64,000 bases of DNA from a virus (Duplodnaviria > Caudoviricetes). Location of the stretch: the IMG/VR virus record IMGVR_UViG_3300017917_002782, positions 1,022 through 65,021 of that record; one strand, written 5' to 3'. A program made the position numbers and the translations under genes. Below are positions 48,595 to 57,291 of this stretch, piece after piece (the stretch's first letter is position 1; each line of letters starts with the position of its first letter). Below the pieces are notes generated by a model that saw only the letters and a program-made list of their open reading frames with translations, made no database searches and was not told the DNA's origin.

Positions 48595-49029
48595 TTAAAT
48601 AAAATTTTTTATTTCTCTTTCAATTTCCCTTTTTTTGATAGTCTCTCTTTTATCGAATTCTTTTTTACCCTTCACCAATGCAACCTCAACTTTAATGAAT
48701 CCCCTTTCACTTAAAAAAATACGATAAGGTATAATCGAGTATCCTTTAATTAAATCGTTTTTTAATTTCAAGAGTTCACGTTTTTTAAGTAATAGTTTTC
48801 TATCTCTGTTGGGTTCGTGTGAGTATGGTGAACCATCACTATTAATATTAATTCCTTTAACAAATAATTCGGTACCATTAAAGAAACAAAAAGAATCGGT
48901 CATAGATGCATTTCCGTTTCTAATTGATTTAACCTCACTACCGGTTAATTTAATACCAGAAATTTCGGTTCGAATAAATGAATACTCGAACCTAGATTTC
49001 CTGTTAACAATTTCAATTTTAGATTTCAT
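48595..49029 (-). CDS. smpB: SsrA-binding protein SmpB
   Basis: NRKSRFEY, GIKLTGSEVKSIR, RKLLLKKRE, KGKKEFDKRE. Confidence 0.95.
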   Translation of the reverse strand: MKSKIEIVNRKSRFEYSFIRTEISGIKLTGSEVKSIRNGNASMTDSFCFFNGTELFVKGININSDGSPYSHEPNRDRKLLLKKRELLKLKNDLIKGYSIIPYRIFLSERGFIKVEVALVKGKKEFDKRETIKKREIEREIKNFI

Positions 49030-49490
49030 TAGATTCTTACTAAGTGATTTGCTCCATAGGTTATCATTGCACCATTGTGTTTGTATCTAACCTTATAACC
49101 CATACCTTCAACCAAACCAACAGCTTGTCTAAGTGCTTTGTTTGATTTGTAACGAGGGTCTGGATTTAAGTCAATATCAATCCACGTTGTTTTTGGTAAA
49201 CCACTATTTTTTAATAGTTCGGCAACCTCAACCGCTTTCCAAACTTCGTTGATAAGTCTTGTTGAAAGGTCTCTCTCCATTTGAGTCGATTCTTTAGTAC
49301 AAAGTACGTGTGCACCTTTTCCTTTCGTGTAAAGTGCTATAACCACACCATAAACGGTTTTACTATTATTATAACATTGAGAATCAGATCCAATTAGAAT
49401 CTCAACATCCTCTTTGTCCGTTAAGTAATTTTTGATGTATTCAACTACATCAGGTATGATTTTTCCATACAATGTTTTAAATGTTCTCAT
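49029..49490 (-). CDS. RNase H-like YkuK family protein
   Basis: ILIGSDSQ, RLINEV, IDIDLN...KSN. Confidence 0.8.
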   Translation of the reverse strand: MRTFKTLYGKIIPDVVEYIKNYLTDKEDVEILIGSDSQCYNNSKTVYGVVIALYTKGKGAHVLCTKESTQMERDLSTRLINEVWKAVEVAELLKNSGLPKTTWIDIDLNPDPRYKSNKALRQAVGLVEGMGYKVRYKHNGAMITYGANHLVRI

Positions 49491-49537
49491 AACAAGTTTC
49501 CTTTCTACATAACTATCTATTTTTTTTAATTTATGTT

Positions 49538-49626
49538 TGGCGGAGAGAGAGGGGCTCGAACCCTCGCGGCTGTAACACCCTATCAGTTTAGCAAACTGAC
49601 CCCTTCACCAACTTGGGTATCTCTCC
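49538..49626 (-). tRNA. tRNA-Ser(GCT)
   Basis: cloverleaf, long variable arm, encoded CCA. Confidence 0.92.
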
Positions 49627-49876
49627 ATTTAGTTTTTCTATTATGCTTCCAAGTTTTATAACTTCTTTTTTTGAAAGACATAAGAAACTTTTTTTTAGAA
49701 TGAGAAATAATTCCATCATCCCAATAAATCGGATAATTAATTCCAATTTGTAAATAACGATATTCTTTATCGTTATGTGCTTTGTCCAGTTTTGCTCTGT
49801 TTCTGTTTTTTGACATAATCTATTGAGTTTATTCAATAGAAGTCGTTCATTTTTTTCATATTGGTAATTTTTGTTG

Positions 49877-49947
49877 TTCTCCCCCAAGGATTCGAACCTC
49901 GATTCTGTGGACCAAAACCACATGTCCTGCCCTTAGACGAGAGGAGA
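49877..49947 (-). tRNA. tRNA-Gln(TTG)
   Basis: cloverleaf, loop TT-TTG-GT. Confidence 0.9.
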
Positions 49948-50063
49948 ATTTTGGATAAGCAGTGACCTCTTATCCATGGTACTTAAGGTTTCGAGTTGTT
50001 TAACGACCTACTCTGAATGTCATCCGCCAGGGTGTACTTGTACCTTAAACCCGGAGCCACTTA

Positions 50064-50141
50064 TGGAGCGAGTAGTCGGACTTGAACCGACCCTATTCCG
50101 CATTGGAAGTGCGGTGCCATAACCAACTAGGCGATACTCGC
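50064..50141 (-). tRNA. tRNA-Gly(TCC)
   Basis: cloverleaf, loop CT-TCC-AA, CCA. Confidence 0.9.
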
Positions 50142-50192
50142 ATGGAGAGGGACAGGTTATTTATACCTTTAAGGGACTCCCTCAGACCCTTG

Positions 50193-50264
50193 AGCAGGTA
50201 ATCAGAATCGAACTGACATCCTCGGCTTGGCAAGCCGATGCACTAACCGTTGTGCTATACCCGC
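50193..50264 (-). tRNA. tRNA-Gly(GCC)
   Basis: cloverleaf, loop TT-GCC-AA. Confidence 0.9.
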
Positions 50265-50321
50265 TTGGAGTGTAGTAGGACTGCAGTTCCTTGAGGTTCC
50301 TACACAAATTATTCCTCTTTG

Positions 50322-50395
50322 TGGGCCTTATAGGATTCGAACCTATCACCTACTGATTATGAGTCAGTTGCTCTAACCTAATGAGCTAAAGGCCC
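50322..50395 (-). tRNA. tRNA-Ile2(CAT), lysidine type reading ATA
   Basis: CAT anticodon with GGGCCTT acceptor body typical of Ile2. Confidence 0.8.
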
Positions 50396-50400
50396 TAAAT

Positions 50401-50946
50401 TTATTCCGGTAAAACAAACTCAATAATGGTGTATCTTACCTCTTCATCATCATAGATTTTGATATTCTCAGGTTCAATGTTATATGAACACATATCACAA
50501 TCCCATAACGCGAATCTCAAACCCTTTTTAAATTCATCCATGTTTTGGATATTCATCAAATCCATAACACACTTTAACGGATTTGGTAAATATTTTTTTT
50601 CCAACATTTTATTGTGTTGATGATATGATTCCCACTTTTCTTTATCTCCATTTTCATCTTTACCATTCCATTCTCCACCATGTCTTGTTGTTATATACCA
50701 CTCATTATTCAACCTTTCATTTTCCAATGTGTCTTCTTCAGATACTTCAATCACATTGTGTGTTTGTAGTGGATCTGTTGATAATGTTGGTAAATGATGA
50801 TTAACAATATTCAACCCAACATAATATCCAAGTTGGTAATTAACAGTTAAGTTTTTCCTTTTTTCAATCCTCTCTTGTTTCCATTTTTCTTCCATTTCTG
50901 GAGTTATGGATTTAAGAAAGTCTTCAAATACTTTACTTCTAGCCAT
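50401..50946 (-). CDS. hypothetical protein inside tRNA operon
   Basis: 181-aa ORF between tRNAs. Confidence 0.7.
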   Translation of the reverse strand: MARSKVFEDFLKSITPEMEEKWKQERIEKRKNLTVNYQLGYYVGLNIVNHHLPTLSTDPLQTHNVIEVSEEDTLENERLNNEWYITTRHGGEWNGKDENGDKEKWESYHQHNKMLEKKYLPNPLKCVMDLMNIQNMDEFKKGLRFALWDCDMCSYNIEPENIKIYDDEEVRYTIIEFVLPE

Positions 50947-50961
50947 GACTTATTTTATTTG

Positions 50962-51043
50962 TGCCCGCAGATGGACTCGAACCACCGAACTCCGAAGAGG
51001 ACAGATTTACAGTCTGTTGCAATTGCCGCTATGCGATACGGGC
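50962..51043 (-). tRNA. tRNA-Tyr(GTA)
   Basis: cloverleaf with variable arm. Confidence 0.9.
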
Positions 51044-51055
51044 ATTTATTTTTTG

Positions 51056-51135
51056 TACCTCGGGTCGGACTCGAACCGACACGTCTCTCGACACGGTTTC
51101 TAAGACCGCTGTGTATACCATTCCACCACCAAGGC
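51056..51135 (-). tRNA. tRNA-Leu(TAG)
   Basis: cloverleaf, loop CT-TAG-AA. Confidence 0.9.
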
Positions 51136-51226
51136 AAATTGTGGGACATCGCTTAACCCACAGTGATTGTACTTCTCACTTTTGACGTTACCATATTTTT
51201 ATATGTTGGCATCTAACGATTTTTTG

Positions 51227-51298
51227 CTCCCCGGGGGAATTTCGAAATCCCGACCCCATGATTAACAGTCATGTGCTCTGCCTCTGAGCTACCGAGGA
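51227..51298 (-). tRNA. tRNA-Asn(GTT)
   Basis: cloverleaf, loop CT-GTT-AA. Confidence 0.9.
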
Positions 51299-51646
51299 AG
51301 TTTGTGTGTCTTCCCACACCTCCAGATTGTTCCCCTCACCACTCTAATTTCTTAGTGTAGGAATCGAACCTACATGGGCGACTTACCGTAACCTCAATCA
51401 ACGAGTGGACTCGAACCACATTCGTAGTTGGGAGAGGATTCGAACCCCTTCAGGGAGCTACCCGTCATCCATGACCTTCCATCGGACTCGAACCGACCTT
51501 CTACCATAGCCCAACTATTTTCACTTTCCATTACAAAGTGTAAGTAGGTTTAGTTGCGAACTTTCCTTTCAGTGGGACTCTCATGGTTTTTCGTAGAGTC
51601 TGTTATCCCACAATTTTAACACATTGACTACATGTGTTGAGCATCG

Positions 51647-51743
51647 CAGTTAGAACAGGAATCGAACCTGCGTCTTAGTTACTTTGTTTTAACTGTAATT
51701 CTACAAAACATTTCACTACGTGGTGCCACTCCACTATCCAACT
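51647..51743 (-). ncRNA. tRNA-like RNA with expanded anticodon arm
   Basis: acceptor AGTTGGA/TCTAACT and T arm GCAGG-TTCGATT-CCTGT; no 7-nt anticodon loop. Confidence 0.55.
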
Positions 51744-51947
51744 ATTTCGGGACGAGAGTAAGCTGCTCTCATTTGTCCCTACTTTTTTCTATCGTTTGAG
51801 TTTCAATTTAAGGTCTGGAAACTCCTTCGGTAAGGAAAGAGACCACAGTTTTCTGGTAAACTTACAAAAACCCCAAATTGCTTACATTGTTACTTTAACG
51901 TCTCAACAATCAAACTCATTCGGAAGAACTCGAAAAAAGACGGCTTG

Positions 51948-52062
51948 CCGACTAAAAAGGGTTTGAACCTTAATCCTGCATCCCCTTTCAGAACCGGCGA
52001 AAGCGTAATGCTTTTCGTATTCTTACTCCGTTCTGCTGTGCCACCTATTACACCATAGTCAA
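51948..52062 (-). ncRNA. tRNA-like RNA with expanded anticodon arm
   Basis: acceptor TTGACTA/TAGTCGG, D arm, CAGAAC...GTTCTG arm, T loop TTCAAAC. Confidence 0.5.
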
Positions 52063-52112
52063 TCGAGAGTTTCGAACCTCTCAGGTGCCGAGTTAATTAC
52101 TCTCGGACTTTG

Positions 52113-52187
52113 TAGAGTATGCGAGACTCGAACTCACACGATGTCTTCATCCCAAATGAAGCGGCTTACCAATTAGCCCAATACTCT
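52113..52187 (-). tRNA. tRNA-Pro(TGG)
   Basis: cloverleaf, loop TT-TGG-GA. Confidence 0.88.
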
Positions 52188-52192
52188 ATGAA

Positions 52193-52328
52193 AAGATAGT
52201 GATGGGATACCCGTCTCGTCCCAATCTTAATTGCTTCCTGAGTTTTAATGAGGCCTCAGCAAAGGGTGCTGAATTCCGATTCCACTCTGGATTGTCGACA
52301 TCCAGTGAGTGGGGAAAACCACTATCTT
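52193..52328 (-). ncRNA. structured RNA between tRNAs
   Basis: closing stem AAGATAGTG/CACTATCTT around several hairpins. Confidence 0.5.
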
Positions 52329-52330
52329 AG

Positions 52331-52404
52331 TACCCCCAACAGGATTCGAACCTGTGGCCCACAGTTTAGAAAACTGTTGCTCTATCCAGCTGAGCTATGG
52401 AGGC
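52331..52404 (-). tRNA. tRNA-Arg(TCT)
   Basis: cloverleaf, loop TT-TCT-AA. Confidence 0.92.
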
Positions 52405-52409
52405 ATTTG

Positions 52410-52494
52410 TGCTCGAGGCGGGAATCGAACCCGCACGGATGTTGAGTCCACAGAATTTTAAGTCCTGCGTGTCTACCAGTTCCACCACCCGAGC
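52410..52494 (-). tRNA. tRNA-Leu(TAA)
   Basis: cloverleaf, loop CT-TAA-AA. Confidence 0.92.
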
Positions 52495-52546
52495 AATTTT
52501 TTTACCAATATGTCAAAGAACACAACAAATATAAATCAAAAGGTTT

Positions 52547-52585
52547 AAAAAACAAAAAACCCGAACATTTTATTGTCCGGGTTTC
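52547..52585 (-). terminator. attenuator terminator of tRNA operon 1
   Basis: AAACCCGGACA/TGTTCGGGTTT stem followed by a U tract. Confidence 0.8.
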
Positions 52586-52611
52586 TTTTATAAGTTTTTA
52601 TAATTTTTGAC

Positions 52612-52716
52612 TTACACTTTTTCGAAATCCGAACATGGATGACATAAATATATACCTCTCCCATTGCCACTAAGTGGGTTGTTTGACGGTTGTTGTATGT
52701 TTACCAAATTTTTCAT
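52612..52716 (-). CDS. leader peptide 1 MKNLVNIQQPSNNPLSGNGRGIYLCHPCSDFEKV
   Basis: lies between promoter (TATCTTTG at 52738-52745) and terminator; carries antiterminator segment 52624-52635. Confidence 0.75.
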   Translation of the reverse strand: MKNLVNIQQPSNNPLSGNGRGIYLCHPCSDFEKV

Positions 52717-52796
52717 TCGTTTTTCAAATAAGTATCACAAAGATACGAAAAGTTTTTAAAATATCAAACTTTTTTTTAAAATATTTTTATTTTTTG

Positions 52797-52868
52797 TAGC
52801 CCCTACGGGAATCGAACCCGTCTTTTCAGGATGAAAACCTGATGTCCTAACCGATAGACGAAAGGGCC
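52797..52868 (-). tRNA. tRNA-Glu(TTC)
   Basis: cloverleaf, loop TT-TTC-AT. Confidence 0.9.
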
Positions 52869-52904
52869 ATTTAACAATTATTGGTCTTTAACTTTATTTA
52901 TGTC

Positions 52905-53210
52905 TTAGGAGTGTAAAACTTCCTTTTGACTATTTTTTATTTTGTTTTCCAATTTATCTAATCGAGAGTCTAATTGGGAAAAGACCTCTCTTTCTGTGTT
53001 ATCAATCCTTCGATTTACATCATCATGGTTATGATTAATTAAATCATAGATTTCTTTTTTTATGTTATCCAATTCATTGGATAGATTATTTTGAAAAGAT
53101 TCTAAGTTCTTTTCCACTTTTCCTACCTTGACGTATCCAACCACAGCCAGTATTGCAATTACAACACCAACCACAGAAGACACCCCTAAAATAAATGATA
53201 ATGTTTCCAT
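52905..53210 (-). CDS. TM + coiled-coil protein
   Basis: start moved to METLSF; the upstream part of the track ORF is tRNA-Ser. Confidence 0.7.
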   Translation of the reverse strand: METLSFILGVSSVVGVVIAILAVVGYVKVGKVEKNLESFQNNLSNELDNIKKEIYDLINHNHDDVNRRIDNTEREVFSQLDSRLDKLENKIKNSQKEVLHS

Positions 53211-53257
53211 AATTTTAAAGTTGTTTTTAAATTTGTCAAAGAACAATAATTGTTTTG

Positions 53258-53340
53258 CGGAGGATGAGGGAATCGAACCCCCAAGGCTTTTACACCCAGC
53301 TGATTTCAAGTCAGTGTCCTCGTCCATTCGGGCACCCTCC
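53258..53340 (-). tRNA. tRNA-Ser(TGA)
   Basis: loop CT-TGA-AA, long variable arm. Confidence 0.88.
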
Positions 53341-53352
53341 TTTATTTTTTTG

Positions 53353-53486
53353 TGGTTAGGACAGGAGTTGAACCTGTATCACCGGATTAGTATACTTACG
53401 GCATTCGTCCTCAGTTATCTATTTTACAAGTCACCTCACAGGACTAAGCGTCTTCCCGAACAAATATGTTCTTCCGCCACCTAACC
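53353..53486 (-). ncRNA. tRNA-like RNA with D-loop hairpin and large anticodon-arm insert
   Basis: acceptor GGTTAGG/CCTAACC, TTAGT...ACTAA stem, T arm ACAGG-TTCAACT-CCTGT. Confidence 0.6.
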
Positions 53487-53713
53487 AAAATTTGCCCCAC
53501 ATTGAGATTCGTGTGAGGACTAGATTGCGTCGGTTTCTTTCACTGTTTCAAGAACCTGTTGCATCTCTGCGTTTAAACCCGTCAACCCAACGTTGGAGGA
53601 ACTGGATATTGAACCTTTATCCCAACGACCCCCTCTTTAAGTTACGGAGGAGACAACTATATCATTTGATCACCAAAACGATACCAAATGGTCTGAGTAT
53701 CTCTTACTCATTG

Positions 53714-53786
53714 CAGTCCCAACGGGAGTTGAACCCGCTCCATACTCCGTGACAGGGAGATATCTTAACCGTTTGACCTTGGGACT
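53714..53786 (-). tRNA. tRNA-Asp(GTC)
   Basis: loop CT-GTC-AC. Confidence 0.85.
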
Positions 53787-53793
53787 GTATGTG

Positions 53794-53878
53794 AGCCTCC
53801 TGACGGATTCGAACCGCCGATGTTCTTTCGATTCCTGATTACAAATCAGGTGCTCTCGACCAACTAAGCGAAGGAGGC
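53794..53878 (-). tRNA. tRNA-Thr(TGT), long variable region
   Basis: loop TT-TGT-AA. Confidence 0.85.
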
Positions 53879-53885
53879 TTATTTG

Positions 53886-53958
<73 letters not shown>

Positions 53959-54013
53959 ATGTTATATCCAAATATAGATAAAATATTTTAAAGAACAAAA
54001 TGTTTTTTAAAAG

Positions 54014-54087
54014 TTGCGGGGGAGGGAATCGAACCCTCGTCATTCAGCTTATGAGACTGAGCTGGTACCTCTCCAGTCCACCCCGCA
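54014..54087 (-). tRNA. tRNA-Met(CAT)
   Basis: loop CT-CAT-AA, lacks GGG/CCC. Confidence 0.82.
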
Positions 54088-54092
54088 ATATT

Positions 54093-54169
54093 TGGTTGGA
54101 ACAATAGGAATCGAACCTATAACCTTTCGCGTATCAGACGAATGCTCTAACCAATTGAGCTATATTCCA
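54093..54169 (-). tRNA. tRNA-Ile(GAT)
   Basis: loop CT-GAT-AC, CCA. Confidence 0.9.
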
Positions 54170-54262
54170 ATAAGAGTCCCGTTTGCAATTTTTCAATTAC
54201 TTCATAAGGGTTTAGTTTCATTCATCCATCACGGGACCACGAGGAGAACTAATTCCTTACTT

Positions 54263-54338
54263 TGGGTGACCGAGGAGGTTCGAACTCCCGACCCTCTGAA
54301 CCACAATCAGGTACTCTACCAACTGAGCTACAGCCACC
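54263..54338 (-). tRNA. tRNA-His(GTG)
   Basis: loop TT-GTG-GT, G-1. Confidence 0.9.
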
Positions 54339-54394
54339 ATATTATAAGGTCTGAGACTTATAATTGTCAATTATAAGGTTATAACCTTATATTG

Positions 54395-54477
54395 AGCTCA
54401 TGGACGGATTTGAACCGCCGTGGACCTAAGTCAATGGTTTTGCAGACCACTCCATTCAACCACTCTGGCACATGAGC
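54395..54477 (-). tRNA. tRNA-Cys(GCA), long variable arm
   Basis: loop CT-GCA-AA, U73. Confidence 0.85.
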
Positions 54478-54482
54478 ATTTG

Positions 54483-54555
54483 TAGTTCCTAAAGGATTCG
54501 AACCCTTATCAAATCATCCGTAGTGATTTATTCTATCCAATTAAACTAAGGAACC
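54483..54555 (-). tRNA. tRNA-Arg(ACG)
   Basis: loop CT-ACG-GA. Confidence 0.88.
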
Positions 54556-54558
54556 ATC

Positions 54559-54990
54559 TTATTTTTGTATGTTATCCCAATCTTCTTGTGTGCCCAACTT
54601 AATTGGTACAAACAATGCAAACCCATCATCATCTTCAAAGTGGTTACATTCATCTTCTCTCCAACCAAATTTGTATCTCATGTATTCAAATTTGTTTTCT
54701 TTTTGATTCCATCGAGCAATGGTTGTTCTTCTATGTTCACCAATATAAATTTGACCATCAATCAAATCTTTTTTTGGTATTGCACCAGCCTTAATAAGTT
54801 TTGGTACATAGAACTCTTTCCACTCTTTTTCATCCACCACCGGTAGTTGAGGAACATCTTCTGGATTATTGAATTTTGGTAATTCATTTTCCCAATATTC
54901 TTTAATCTTTTTCAATTTTTCTTCTTTCATCTTCATTTTCTCCGCCTCAAACTTCATTTTGGCGGCATCCAATCCTATTTGATTATTCAT
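54559..54990 (-). CDS. hypothetical protein inside tRNA operon
   Basis: 143-aa ORF between tRNAs. Confidence 0.7.
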   Translation of the reverse strand: MNNQIGLDAAKMKFEAEKMKMKEEKLKKIKEYWENELPKFNNPEDVPQLPVVDEKEWKEFYVPKLIKAGAIPKKDLIDGQIYIGEHRRTTIARWNQKENKFEYMRYKFGWREDECNHFEDDDGFALFVPIKLGTQEDWDNIQK

Positions 54991-55006
54991 AATTTTGTTT
55001 TTTAGT

Positions 55007-55093
55007 TGGCACGGACGGTAGGATTCGAACCCACGATGAACTTTCGTTCCCGGTTTTGGAGACCGTTGCCTTTAACCACTCGGCCACGTCCGT
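55007..55093 (-). tRNA. tRNA-Trp(CCA), long variable arm
   Basis: loop CT-CCA-AA, GAAC-GAAA-GTTC arm, G73-CCA. Confidence 0.85.
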
Positions 55094-55102
55094 GTATTTT
55101 TG

Positions 55103-55178
55103 TAGTTCCTATTGGAGTCGAACCAATGATCTTCACTTTGTAAGAGTGACGCTTTAAAACCAACTAAGCGAAGGAACT
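55103..55178 (-). tRNA. tRNA-Val(TAC)
   Basis: loop CT-TAC-AA. Confidence 0.88.
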
Positions 55179-55185
55179 ATCTTTG

Positions 55186-55259
55186 CACCGCCTGGGGGAC
55201 TCGAACCCCGACCTTCTGAGTGACAGTCAGATATACCAAACCATTATACGACAGACGGT
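55186..55259 (-). tRNA. tRNA-Asp(GTC)
   Basis: loop CT-GTC-AC, slightly atypical acceptor/T junction. Confidence 0.78.
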
Positions 55260-55267
55260 GTTTATTG

Positions 55268-55352
55268 TGACCCCGGTGGGACTCGAACCCACGACTCCCA
55301 CATTAAAAGTGTGGTACTCTAAGCTTACGCAAACCAACTGAGTTACGGAGTC
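55268..55352 (-). tRNA. tRNA-Lys(TTT) with D-loop insertion
   Basis: loop CT-TTT-AA; D loop carries an extra GC-GTAA-GC. Confidence 0.85.
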
Positions 55353-55359
55353 ATAAAAA

Positions 55360-55435
55360 TGGTGGTGACGAGTGGAGTCGAACCACTATCATCGGATTTT
55401 CAGTCCGTTGCATAGACCACCTTTGCTACGTCACC
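55360..55435 (-). tRNA. tRNA-Phe(GAA)
   Basis: loop CT-GAA-AA, CCA. Confidence 0.9.
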
Positions 55436-55467
55436 AAGTTAAACCAATATGTCAAAGAACCTATTTG

Positions 55468-55538
55468 TGGAATATTTGGGATTCGAACCCATACCTCCCG
55501 CCGTCTAGCGGTTGCACATCCTTATGTGCTTTTATCCC
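55468..55538 (-). pseudogene. tRNA-like element with no readable anticodon
   Basis: D and T arms present, G3-U70 pair, anticodon loop shortened (CCGC-TAGACG-GCGG). Confidence 0.55.
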
Positions 55539-55543
55539 TTTTG

Positions 55544-55616
55544 TGGACCGTCCGGGACTTGAACCCGGGACTGAAGCTTGCAAAGCTACCGTGTTAGCCA
55601 ACTATACCAACAGCCC
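55544..55616 (-). tRNA. tRNA-Ala(TGC)
   Basis: loop TT-TGC-AA, G3-U70. Confidence 0.9.
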
Positions 55617-55618
55617 AT

Positions 55619-55654
55619 AAACAAAAAAACCTCGAGAGATTATCCCGAGGTTTT
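55619..55654 (-). terminator. attenuator terminator of tRNA operon 2
   Basis: AAAACCTCGGGA/TCTCGAGGTTTT stem plus U tract, immediately before tRNA-Ala. Confidence 0.85.
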
Positions 55655-55682
55655 AATATATTTTGTTTTCAATTATAACAAA

Positions 55683-55778
55683 TTACACAATCCCTCGGGA
55701 CATACGAATATCAGCCACCTCTGCCCATTTCGAACAGGTTGTAAATGACATTGTGATAATATGTGTAAATCGTTTCAT
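55683..55778 (-). CDS. leader peptide 2 MKRFTHIITMSFTTCSKWAEVADIRMSRGIV
   Basis: lies between promoter (TACCTTTG at 55825-55832) and terminator; carries antiterminator TCCCGAGG (55693-55700). Confidence 0.8.
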   Translation of the reverse strand: MKRFTHIITMSFTTCSKWAEVADIRMSRGIV

Positions 55779-55965
55779 CGAATTTTTTATTTATTAGTTT
55801 TTACTTTATTTCTTAAATCGAATACAAAGGTAATCATAAATACCAATATAAACAAGAAAAAAACAATTTTTTTTAAAAAATATTTTTTTTTAGTCAAAAA
55901 AAGAATCGTTTAAGTCCAATATTTATTGGTGATACAATTATAAACACAAAATTAAAAAAACAATT

Positions 55966-56535
55966 ATGGAAAACAAAACAAACACAGGTTTTAGAGAACT
56001 TTTAAGTTCAATGATGAAAAGAAGATGGTATATCACCGCCATGGTTCTTGGAGGATTTATGTTAATTATGGGTGGTATATTCGTTGCGATTTTCGACAAA
56101 AACGAAATAAGTGGTGAATGGAAAGAATTATTATTGTTATTGTTGGGTGCGTTTATCGGATCTTATGGTAAAATAATTGATTACTGGTTCAGTGATACCG
56201 ACAAAGACAAAATGTTGGTGCAAAAAATGGATGAAGAAGATGGTACTGCGTTATCTAACACAGCAGATTTACCAAACAACCCACCGACACCACAAACACC
56301 GATGGTGTTAAGTACTGAATCAACAACAACCAGTTCTGAATCACCATGTGAGAAAAAAGGTGTTGAAGTTGATGAAGATGGTGATGGTGTTATGGATGGT
56401 TTAGATTTTGATAATGATGGTGTTATTGATGAGTATTTCCCACATCGTCAGTGTGAACACGTTTGGGGCGACTCAAATAATGATGGTGAATTGGAATGTT
56501 TAAAGTGTGGATTATTGAAAGAATTGCAGGATTAA
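55966..56535 (+). CDS. two-TM membrane protein with acidic DxDGDG repeats
   Basis: two TM segments, DEDGDG/DFDNDG, CxH...CxxC. Confidence 0.7.
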   Translation: MENKTNTGFRELLSSMMKRRWYITAMVLGGFMLIMGGIFVAIFDKNEISGEWKELLLLLLGAFIGSYGKIIDYWFSDTDKDKMLVQKMDEEDGTALSNTADLPNNPPTPQTPMVLSTESTTTSSESPCEKKGVEVDEDGDGVMDGLDFDNDGVIDEYFPHRQCEHVWGDSNNDGELECLKCGLLKELQD

Positions 56536-56865
56536 TCAGTCATTAACCCCAATTTTTTGGTATAATGCATGAATTTCTCCACAAGTTTCATAATCTTCTA
56601 TCGACTCAAAATATGGTAGAACTTCTTTATACAAAACAATAACATTCTCTCTTGAGAACTTTAAATCGGCTTCCCAATGAAGCCCGTTAATTTTAGCAGA
56701 AAGGACAAGGATTAGATTATTCTTGTCCTTTCTTTTTAAACTCTTAAATAAAGAAAAAATATTTTGATATATTAGTGTTTTATTTTCATTATAAAAACTA
56801 TTATAATCTTTGTATTCTTCTCCTACTCTTAGTTTTTTTATGATGGTATCTTTTGGTTTTTTCAT
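56536..56865 (-). CDS. hypothetical protein (UVR-like EDYETC motif)
   Basis: ORF translationally coupled to upstream gene. Confidence 0.65.
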   Translation of the reverse strand: MKKPKDTIIKKLRVGEEYKDYNSFYNENKTLIYQNIFSLFKSLKRKDKNNLILVLSAKINGLHWEADLKFSRENVIVLYKEVLPYFESIEDYETCGEIHALYQKIGVND

Positions 56866-57275
56866 TATACCGTATGTTCAATTTGGACCCTAACACAGTT
56901 TTGTGGTAAACGATTTATGTGTCTATAATTATTAATATAACCCATCATATTTGCACTACCAATTGCATTGGCAGAATGAACCACAACATCAACCACGGGT
57001 TTGCCGTCCATCCATTGTTCCACCAACCATTTAGTACAATCCATACCTGTTTTTTCGGTAATGTTATCGTAATTCAATTCATAATTATGATATACGTTCT
57101 TATGCCATTCCGCCATTGCAGAATCACCTAAATCGTGGTCCAATGATATTAGAGATATGTTCTCTAAACCAATTTCATTAATTGTATTTACGAACTCATC
57201 GTAATTTCTAACTATAACCCATTGGTCTTTTTCAACAGGTGTTCTCACATCATCTAAATAAATTCTTGTTTTCAT
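56865..57275 (-). CDS. cyclic-phosphate-processing receiver-domain protein
   Basis: IYLDDVR, ISLDHDLG, TG.D...WL, VHSAN; start moved to MKTRIY. Confidence 0.8.
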   Translation of the reverse strand: MKTRIYLDDVRTPVEKDQWVIVRNYDEFVNTINEIGLENISLISLDHDLGDSAMAEWHKNVYHNYELNYDNITEKTGMDCTKWLVEQWMDGKPVVDVVVHSANAIGSANMMGYINNYRHINRLPQNCVRVQIEHTV

Positions 57276-57291
57276 TGTATAATTTTTTTTA

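Noticed and set aside
49583-49816. 77-aa basic ORF between tRNA-Gln and tRNA-Ser
   Set aside because: It may be real, but its 3' end runs into tRNA-Ser and it has no recognisable motif; not enough support to list.
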